Assembly (NCBI RefSeq): GCF_055900595.2
Contig: NZ_CM148325.1
DNA: 64,000 bases
Direction: 5' to 3' (one strand)
The notes under the pieces: model-generated
Databases searched by the model: none
What the model saw: only the letters and a program-made list of their open reading frames with translations
Told to the model about the DNA's origin: nothing
Position numbers and translations under genes: made by a program
Shown here: positions 48,193 through 54,579 of the stretch, one piece after another
Position numbering within the stretch: the stretch's first letter is position 1
Layout: the number at the start of each line of letters is the position of its first letter

Positions 48193-49197
48193 TTACTGGT
48201 CGATGGACAGTTTATGGACACTTTCAGCCAGCGGATTAAAGCTGATCGCATCCTGTAAAAAGTCCGGTGAAAAATGCGCATACGTCATCGTTTGCTGAAT
48301 CGTGGCGTGACCCAGGATCCTCTGCAACGTGACGATGTTCCCGCCGTTCATCATGAAATGCGTGGCGAACGTGTGCCGCATGACATGCGTGGCCTGCCCT
48401 TTGGGTAAGTCGGGCTTCACCTCCTGAAGGATCTCCCTGAAACTGAGATAATCAACCTGATATAACAGGCCGGTCCGGCGGGTTTTAATTAACGGCACAA
48501 CGGAATCAGCTACAGGAACCGAGCGCGATTTCCCGTTCTTTGTGTTAAAGAACGTCACCCTGTTACCCACGATGTGTTCCCCGCGAAGCGTTGACGCCTC
48601 TTTCCATCTGGCCCCGGTCGAAAGGCACAGAATGGCAATGCGTCGTGCATCACCCTCAAGCCGTTTCAGAAGGCGATCAATCTCGTCATCTGAAAGAAAG
48701 GCCATTTCTGTATTCTGAACCTTGAGTTTACGTATTCCGCGCACAGGGTTTTCGTTATGATAAACCTCCGCGTCAATTAACAACGAAAACATCGCAGATA
48801 AGGCGCACAGGTCGCGATTGATACTGGACGGCATCAGTCCCGCCTGCAACTTATCCGAGCGATACTCAATCACGAATTTTCGTGTCATCTGGCTGGCGCG
48901 CGGGTCCCCCATTTCACGTATCACCTTCTCCAGTCTGGTTCTGTAGGTATCACCATATGCCTGATTACGACCATCAAGCATCCACCACACCTCAATCAGT
49001 TCTGATAACCGCCGTTGATCGGCGGGCCTTGCCTGCCACGGGTTATTGTGGAAATTCTGAAGAACGTATCTTTCGAATTCCTGCGCCTTTGATTTCAGGG
49101 TGAAAATCTTACGAATCCGCCTTCCTCCCGCCCCCTGAGGCCTTACATCAACCTGATAACGTCCGTCTTTGAGTTGCTTAATCGACATGATCAGCAC
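48193..49197 (-). CDS. int: P2-family tyrosine integrase
   Basis: 334-aa ORF; KQLKDGRYQVDVRP.., AILCLSTGARW.. and ATHVMRHTFATHFMMNGGNIVTLQRILGHATIQQTMTYAHF resemble P2 Int as I remember it. Confidence 0.92.
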   Translation of the reverse strand: MLIMSIKQLKDGRYQVDVRPQGAGGRRIRKIFTLKSKAQEFERYVLQNFHNNPWQARPADQRRLSELIEVWWMLDGRNQAYGDTYRTRLEKVIREMGDPRASQMTRKFVIEYRSDKLQAGLMPSSINRDLCALSAMFSLLIDAEVYHNENPVRGIRKLKVQNTEMAFLSDDEIDRLLKRLEGDARRIAILCLSTGARWKEASTLRGEHIVGNRVTFFNTKNGKSRSVPVADSVVPLIKTRRTGLLYQVDYLSFREILQEVKPDLPKGQATHVMRHTFATHFMMNGGNIVTLQRILGHATIQQTMTYAHFSPDFLQDAISFNPLAESVHKLSIDQ

Positions 49198-49257
49198 CTC
49201 CGACGGATAAACCTGTTAACCCCTGCTTACTGAACGCCGCCCGTTCAATATACAGCG

Positions 49258-49599
49258 TCAGCCAGCATTGCGGCCTGATTGGGGTGATTTTTGGGTATTG
49301 CGGGTTGAAACCTGATCGTCCTCCGACTGCGTGGAGCCATCAAGAGAGAGAGCCGGGGCGATCTGACCGGCAACAGGTAGCGTCTTATCTTTGATTAGCC
49401 AGAACATATATTTTTCAAACCGATCCACTTGAAGGACGGCCTCAACAATCTTTGCTCTGGCGATCTTTTGCCCTGACTCATAATTCCTGACAGTTGCCAG
49501 AGATAACCCTGTAATATCAGCAAATTGCTTTTGAGTTAGCCCTTCCGTCTTGCGTATCAAACGCAACTTTTTCGCATAGTCTATTGACAAGATACTCAT
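49258..49599 (-). CDS. CI/C-type immunity repressor (HTH)
   Basis: 113-aa ORF; HTH LTQKQFADITGLSLATVRNYESG and C-terminal ..QIAPAL.. resemble the P2 C repressor; divergent from cox; SD AGGAG upstream. Confidence 0.8.
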   Translation of the reverse strand: MSILSIDYAKKLRLIRKTEGLTQKQFADITGLSLATVRNYESGQKIARAKIVEAVLQVDRFEKYMFWLIKDKTLPVAGQIAPALSLDGSTQSEDDQVSTRNTQKSPQSGRNAG

Positions 49600-49702
49600 T
49601 TGGGGATTAATCTCCTACAAAAGATAACCGTACGATTATCTTTACAAGTCATCAAAAATCATCAAAAGGCGCAACAAGCGCACCAATGCAAGAGGATAAC
49701 AA
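49600..49702. promoter_or_regulatory. repressor/cox divergent promoter-operator region
   Basis: Contains an 18-bp near-palindrome GATAACCGTACGATTATC (about 49623-49640) and tandem TCATCAAAA direct repeats (about 49649-49667) between divergent regulatory genes. Confidence 0.5.
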
Positions 49703-50224
49703 ATGCGGGAGATTATTGCCGACAAAGAGTTATCTGGCGCTCAACCGGTTCAGGATGATGGCGCGGACAATGAATTCATTGAAGCTGCCAACGACAACGA
49801 ACACCTGGAAACCAAAACCAGACCGTCCTACAAAAAGGGCGCAACCCTACGACTGGACGGCCCAGTCGCAGGACTTGTGTCACTGGAAAAAGGGGCTGCC
49901 TATCTGGGGGTAACAAAATCTGCGCTACGCGCCGCCATTCAGCGCGGGCAGATGCCGGGTCACAAAACGCGCTCAAATCCCGAAGATGAAAAGTCAGACG
50001 GTACATGGTGGTTTAACGCCAAAGCCTGGGACGAACTAGCCGACGAACTACTGGAGTGCGAACCGCCAGAGTGGCACAACTGGAAAAGCTACTGGACGTA
50101 CGACCGCAAGAAAAGAAAGTTTTCACCGGCAAACAAGGAGGACTGCCAGACCGTTAAAGGTAAGCAGGTTTACTCCCCCAGAGTTTCAAAACTGGAGCAA
50201 CTCAAAAACAACCAGCCCGGCTAA
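49703..50224 (+). CDS. Cox/excisionase-like DNA-binding protein (long form, 173 aa)
   Basis: ATG with SD AAGAGGA; central HTH-like segment AAYLGVTKSALRAAIQRGQMPG followed by W-rich segment resembling the Cox fold; the N-terminal 55 aa are extra relative to about 90-aa Cox proteins, so the true start may be internal. Confidence 0.55.
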   Translation: MREIIADKELSGAQPVQDDGADNEFIEAANDNEHLETKTRPSYKKGATLRLDGPVAGLVSLEKGAAYLGVTKSALRAAIQRGQMPGHKTRSNPEDEKSDGTWWFNAKAWDELADELLECEPPEWHNWKSYWTYDRKKRKFSPANKEDCQTVKGKQVYSPRVSKLEQLKNNQPG

Positions 50225-50232
50225 ACACGAAA

Positions 50233-50439
50233 ATGACCAGCAATATCATCAATGCCGTTTTGAACATTATATTCCTGGAATTAGGCGTAGTGGTGATTTA
50301 TCTGCTTGGCAAGCTAACAGGACAAAAAGAACGTTTTATTGTCCTCAACGTTCATTACGTCGCAGCTTATTCTAAAGGGCTTTTTCCAATAGTTGTTGGC
50401 GCGGGACTTACAGCGTTTGTCATCTGGCTCATCAGGTAG
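50233..50439 (+). CDS. small hydrophobic membrane protein (68 aa, 2 predicted TM)
   Basis: ORF MTSNIINAVLNIIFLELGVVVIYLLGKL..FPIVVGAGLTAFVIWLIR; weak SD, 8 nt after cox-like stop. Confidence 0.4.
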   Translation: MTSNIINAVLNIIFLELGVVVIYLLGKLTGQKERFIVLNVHYVAAYSKGLFPIVVGAGLTAFVIWLIR

Positions 50440-50721
50440 AGGCACACAACGTAATCATTCGTAGCTATATTTCCGCAATAGTATTCAAGTAAAGGAAGAC
50501 AACAACATGAAACCAAGACAAAGATTAACCTCCAGAAGTAGTGACGCATTGCACTTTAAAGCAAAAGACATAATAGCCACAACAAAGGTAGGAGCATAAG
50601 TCTATATACACTTTCAGAATTTCTATCTGGAGAGAACATTAAAAACGGAAGAGGAAGCCAATGAGTATTTGTTATTCATGAAAGATTGCATAGAAGGAAA
50701 AATAAGCGCAGGAGATAAATA

Positions 50722-51030
50722 ATGCGAAAACATTATTCACAGCCACATTTCCGCAACAGTGCACCACGCAGCAATAACCGCTGGAGCCTGCGCGAAACAC
50801 ACGCAACGCCGGGCGGTCATGCTGTAAAACAGACTGGTCAACACACCTGGCTGATTGAGCAGGCCGGACTCGTGATCCACAGATGCCACCGCAATCCGTT
50901 TACCGGAAACCGCATTTTTGCACTGAGCAGCGGCGACAATCAGTTCGGACAGGATTTCACACTGCACGAAGCCTTGCGAACTGCCGACCGCTTAATCGAG
51001 GGGCGCAGCTTTCAGCATACCGACTACTAA
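50722..51030 (+). CDS. hypothetical early-region protein (102 aa)
   Basis: ORF with strong SD (GCAGGAGATAAATA-ATG); competing antisense ORF 50737..50967 lacks an SD. Confidence 0.5.
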   Translation: MRKHYSQPHFRNSAPRSNNRWSLRETHATPGGHAVKQTGQHTWLIEQAGLVIHRCHRNPFTGNRIFALSSGDNQFGQDFTLHEALRTADRLIEGRSFQHTDY

Positions 51031-51068
51031 GGCAAAAGGAGTCTTAATAAGACAGAAGAGGCAGCAAG

Positions 51069-51311
51069 ATGAAAAGAGCCTATAAAGAACTCATTAACGA
51101 CGCGCTTCAGAATTACCATTACGGACTTACAAGCCGTGGCACTAACGGTGACGCTGTTTCACTTGCAGCACTGACTACAGCAATCAAGGGCCTGACCTGT
51201 TGCGCCTTTGGTTCCGGAGATAATGAAGCTCTGACGGAATTACAGGCCATTAATAAAGACCTGTCTGAAGGAAACGTAATAACCCCCTTTGTAATTCAGG
51301 AGGAAGCATGA
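51069..51311 (+). CDS. hypothetical early-region protein (80 aa)
   Basis: ORF MKRAYKELINDALQNYHYGL.. with SD GAAGAGG upstream. Confidence 0.5.
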   Translation: MKRAYKELINDALQNYHYGLTSRGTNGDAVSLAALTTAIKGLTCCAFGSGDNEALTELQAINKDLSEGNVITPFVIQEEA

Positions 51312-51433
51312 GCGTATTTATGTCATGGTTAATTCTTATCCTTGCCATTATTTGCGCTGTGGAGATTATGCGGGTAATTAACAGCATTAACACCATTGAA
51401 TCGTTATTTACTGGCGATAAGCGCCGTAAATAA
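51308..51433 (+). CDS. putative 41-aa membrane peptide
   Basis: ATGA overlap with the preceding stop; MSVFMSWLILILAIICAVEIMRVINSINTIESLFTGDKRRK; below the ORF-track size cutoff, found by reading the sequence. Confidence 0.3.
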   Translation: MSVFMSWLILILAIICAVEIMRVINSINTIESLFTGDKRRK

Positions 51434-51513
51434 ACAGGCGTTTAACACCAGAAACAACCAGAAACATCCGCTCACGCGGAGGGGTTGACCCGCTCAAAAA
51501 GGAGAAATCAGGA

Positions 51514-51807
51514 ATGCTTAATAATAAAAAAAACCGAATCATTGATAACAGTGAACAGGTCAACAAAATAATCGAAGGCACAAACAAATTAATTAAGAAA
51601 AAAAACAAACTAAGCCGTGAATTAATGGAACATCCGGAAGAAATATTATTAGCCATGATGCACCAGACAGAAGCGATAGCCATCGCCCTTGCCGTGCAGG
51701 CGCTTTCTGAGTTCCGGGAAGAAAACATCAGGCTGGCTCAGGAGCTGAAAAACCTCAGACGTCAGCTTCAGAGCACTGAGGCTGGCACGTCATCACGAAT
51801 ACACTGA
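51514..51807 (+). CDS. hypothetical coiled-coil early-region protein (97 aa)
   Basis: ORF with SD AAAAGGAGAAATCAGGA-ATG; Lys/Asn-rich N-terminus then amphipathic helix. Confidence 0.5.
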   Translation: MLNNKKNRIIDNSEQVNKIIEGTNKLIKKKNKLSRELMEHPEEILLAMMHQTEAIAIALAVQALSEFREENIRLAQELKNLRRQLQSTEAGTSSRIH

Positions 51808-51817
51808 GGGCCACACC

Positions 51818-52027
51818 ATGACTGCAATTCTGAGAAGACGCAATAAAACGCTTTTTACCGATACATCCGGGATGGAATACGAAGTGGAAAGCAGTGTCAT
51901 CGCCACCACCACCCGATGCCCGGCAGGTGACGAACTGATTTACGTCCACCTGACGGACGGGTCACAGATAACCGTCCTGACAGAGTCATGGCGCGAACTC
52001 GAGATAATAAGCGAGGTAAGAACATGA
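51818..52027 (+). CDS. hypothetical early-region protein (69 aa)
   Basis: ORF MTAILRRRNKTLFTDTSGMEYEVESSV.. in the co-oriented string of early genes. Confidence 0.45.
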   Translation: MTAILRRRNKTLFTDTSGMEYEVESSVIATTTRCPAGDELIYVHLTDGSQITVLTESWRELEIISEVRT

Positions 52028-52236
52028 GCAGCAAACACGATACCAACGCACGCAGACCAGGCAAAGAGGCGCGTCACCATATCGCCGTAATGCGCAACCT
52101 GCTTATGAGTGAAATCGACGATTTTGTGGCAGGCCTGGGGCAACCGGGCGAACCAGCAACACCAGGCCAGATACACAGGGAATTACGCCGCCGCGTGGAA
52201 AACGTCGTGGATTACGTCATAAACCCGAACGACTGA
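52024..52236 (+). CDS. hypothetical early-region protein (70 aa)
   Basis: Internal ATG of track ORF 51988..52236 overlapping the preceding stop (ATGA); MSSKHDTNARRPGKEARHHIAVMRNLLMSEIDDF.. Confidence 0.45.
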   Translation: MSSKHDTNARRPGKEARHHIAVMRNLLMSEIDDFVAGLGQPGEPATPGQIHRELRRRVENVVDYVINPND

Positions 52237-52275
52237 CGGGAACATGGCGAGCGTCAGATGACACACGCAGGGCAC

Positions 52276-52758
52276 TTATCGGGAAAAACCGATCGTAATG
52301 GCAGCCATCATCTTTTCAGCGAAAGAGAGAGATTCACGATGACTGATATTCAGAGACATACAGGCTTTGTTGTACGCCACATTTTCCATGCATTCCAGGA
52401 CAGGAGAGTCATGCATCTCAAGCTCTGGAAGGCGTGCCAGCAGAGCTTCCGTACTGAGGAGGGCGCTTTTGGTAATCAACTCATTGTAGCGATGGGCATG
52501 CTCACTCGCCGCCTGCGCACGTTGCCCGAAACGACATATGAAATTACAGGCTCCGAGAACCACCACCACTGCCCCAAGCACCCAGCCGAAATGCCAGCCG
52601 GCTACGATGAACGCACCCGCCGCAAGGATCAAAATGTTGATGATCGCATCAAGGCGACGATTGAATACCGCCGCGATGCGCTCCAGCCAGTAGCTGTACC
52701 AGAGACGGAACATGACCTCATCCCGTTCTCTCGATTTTTTACGTTGGTTGTTTTGCAT
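52276..52758 (-). CDS. reverse-oriented two-TM membrane protein (160 aa), candidate moron
   Basis: Minus-strand ORF with paired hydrophobic helices (AIINILILAAGAFIVAGW / FGWVLGAVVVVLGACNFICRF) flanked by basic residues, SD GAGGG upstream; the overlapping plus-strand ORF 52258..52893 is His/Arg-rich and looks non-coding. Confidence 0.45.
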   Translation of the reverse strand: MQNNQRKKSRERDEVMFRLWYSYWLERIAAVFNRRLDAIINILILAAGAFIVAGWHFGWVLGAVVVVLGACNFICRFGQRAQAASEHAHRYNELITKSALLSTEALLARLPELEMHDSPVLECMENVAYNKACMSLNISHRESLSFAEKMMAAITIGFSR

Positions 52759-52992
52759 GGTGTTTTATCCCTCATCGTCATCGCTCTGCCCCTAATCAGC
52801 GCAGAGTGCAGGGTAACCTGGCTCGTGGAATTTTTGCAGCCAGACATCTTTACCCCCGGGCGTGTTGAACAAAGTGTCCGCCAGATCCACTGAACGGCGG
52901 ATTCATCAATGCTAACACGCCCTTCTTTTCCGGTTGAAGGCGAAAAAACCGGACCATTACCCCGACACAAAACAGAACAACGGAGAACAACT

Positions 52993-53547
52993 ATGCCCGC
53001 ACTTAAACCTATGGGTGTATCAGGTGTACCACCGAAGCATGTCAGAGCCTGGACACAACAGGAAGATGCTCTACTGGTCGGTTTATACCCCTCCCACACC
53101 GTACCAGAACTGACAAAACACTTTCAGAGAACCGGGCCAGCAATACGAAGCCGCATCCGTCTTTTGCTCTCTCAGGGGGTTATCCACACCAAACAACCCC
53201 CCCTGAATACAAAAGAACTCAACACGCTCATCAGGAATCGCCACACAAAAACCATCCGGGAACTCGCGAATGAACTGGGGCGCTCGACATCCACGGTGGG
53301 ACTGAACCTGAGAAAAAGAGGGTACCGGTTCAGGAAATACGGGGAACTCCACCACAGAGCCAGATACAGCGATCACCTGGTGGAGTTGGTAACTGAACTG
53401 CGCGATGAACAGGGGATGACATTCAGCGAAATCAGAAAGTACATCCGGGACACGGCCGGGATATCCCTTAAAAGATGGGTCCTCGCCCGGCTTTACGCAC
53501 GATATACCGCCGCTGACACCGTGCTTTGCGAACTGCTACCGGACTGA
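52993..53547 (+). CDS. putative DNA-binding protein with repeated HTH-like segments (184 aa)
   Basis: Internal ATG of track ORF 52909..53547 with SD ACGGAG; segments ..TIRELANELGRSTSTVGLNLRKRG.. and ..MTFSEIRKYIRDTAGISLKRW.. look HTH-like. Confidence 0.5.
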   Translation: MPALKPMGVSGVPPKHVRAWTQQEDALLVGLYPSHTVPELTKHFQRTGPAIRSRIRLLLSQGVIHTKQPPLNTKELNTLIRNRHTKTIRELANELGRSTSTVGLNLRKRGYRFRKYGELHHRARYSDHLVELVTELRDEQGMTFSEIRKYIRDTAGISLKRWVLARLYARYTAADTVLCELLPD

Positions 53548-53637
53548 GTAACCACTATGCACACACAAAAAAACCGCTTGCCATGCCGCAATCAGTCAGG
53601 TTACATTTCCGCTGCACCTCATAAAACGGGTGCCGGG

Positions 53638-53854
53638 ATTGCAACCCCCGCTGACAACTACAGCGCACAACCGCGCCAGCGGTTTTTTTGTGCGTACCGT
53701 ATCGCCACGTCTTTTTCGCGCCAGAATTATGGCGGGGCGTATGGGGCCGACTTCGGTCGGGCCGGTTTCTGTAGTTGCCGGTGGTTGCAACCCTGTACGT
53801 CTCGCCACCCAGAATTGCAACCTCTGGATGGTGAGTTTTCAAAACTTGCAACTA
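53638..53854. repeat. cluster of four (A/G/C)TTGCAAC(C/T) repeats with a UUCG-loop hairpin
   Basis: ATTGCAACC (about 53638), GTTGCAACC (about 53784), ATTGCAACC (about 53814), CTTGCAACT (about 53845); hairpin GGCCGAC-TTCG-GTCGGGCC at about 53745-53763. Confidence 0.5.
53669..53689 (+). terminator. rho-independent terminator
   Basis: CCGCGCC-A-GCGG stem followed by a T7 run, downstream of the 52993..53547 gene. Confidence 0.55.
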
Positions 53855-53867
53855 CAGAGGCCACACC

Positions 53868-54092
53868 ATGGCAAACCGCAAACAACAGCGCGCATACGCT
53901 GCGCGTCGTCACATCCAGACTGAAATCAACCGCAGACTTTTCCGCGCATTCCGCGTCGCGCATATCATGCACATCAATATGCTGCATGAGCGCAGCCACG
54001 CACTGTCAAACATGTATTCCGCCGCTGTATTCAGCTACCTGGCGGATGACCTGCGCGAGCTGCAGGACCTCATTAACCAGCACCACCACTAA
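53868..54092 (+). CDS. hypothetical small protein (74 aa)
   Basis: ORF MANRKQQRAYAARRHIQTEINRRLFRAF.. with SD AGAGG 7 nt upstream, directly after the TTGCAAC repeats. Confidence 0.4.
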   Translation: MANRKQQRAYAARRHIQTEINRRLFRAFRVAHIMHINMLHERSHALSNMYSAAVFSYLADDLRELQDLINQHHH

Positions 54093-54160
54093 TCAACATC
54101 CCGGAGCCATCCCGCCCCCGTACGCGGGAGGCTTCCGCACGTCCGTTTCCGGAGGTTCTC

Positions 54161-54574
54161 ATGAAGAGCGTTAAGGGACTTTCAGATATTCAGGATTTTT
54201 TTAACTGGATGTGGGCGGTGGATCCACGCCTCGCTTCCCGTCTCAATGACCTGCACGACTATTACCGCCGCGCCTGTAAACAGGCAGCCCGCAGCGCTGC
54301 CACATACGGGGATTTTTCCTTCACCGTTGACGACCGTTACCGCGTGGATGTCAGAGACCAGAACCACAGCCTGGAGCTGGGCCTGTTCCACATCAACGGG
54401 TGCGACAGCAGCGTTATCAGCTGGTCATCGTCAGAAATGGTGCTCGTTCTGGAAATGACCACCCACAGCGTGGTCGTGAAAGGGATTAAAACAGCAGAAG
54501 ACTTTATCGCTGAATACCAGCGCCTTCTTGTGCTGTACCGGGCTGCATTTCAGAAGGCAACAGCAGGGGAGTAA
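54161..54574 (+). CDS. hypothetical protein upstream of gpA (137 aa)
   Basis: ORF with SD GGAGG; ends 5 nt before the gpA start. Confidence 0.55.
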   Translation: MKSVKGLSDIQDFFNWMWAVDPRLASRLNDLHDYYRRACKQAARSAATYGDFSFTVDDRYRVDVRDQNHSLELGLFHINGCDSSVISWSSSEMVLVLEMTTHSVVVKGIKTAEDFIAEYQRLLVLYRAAFQKATAGE

Positions 54575-54579
54575 GCGGA

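Noticed and set aside
52258-52893. 211-aa plus-strand ORF overlapping the reverse-oriented membrane gene
   Set aside because: His/Arg/Thr-rich with no SD, and it overlaps a minus-strand ORF with clean TM-helix features; judged the non-coding strand, though this assignment is not certain.
53638-53854. Possible CRISPR array
   Set aside because: The TTGCAAC repeats are only about 9 bp, irregularly spaced (about 146, 30, 31 bp) and without cas genes; not a CRISPR array. No CRISPR-like array was seen elsewhere in the window.
53557-54174. 205-aa plus-strand ORF across the TTGCAAC repeats
   Set aside because: The translation is Ser/Thr/Ala/Cys-rich low complexity and the frame runs through an intrinsic terminator, a stable hairpin and the repeat array; more likely non-coding regulatory DNA with short real ORFs (53868..54092, 54161..54574) in other frames.
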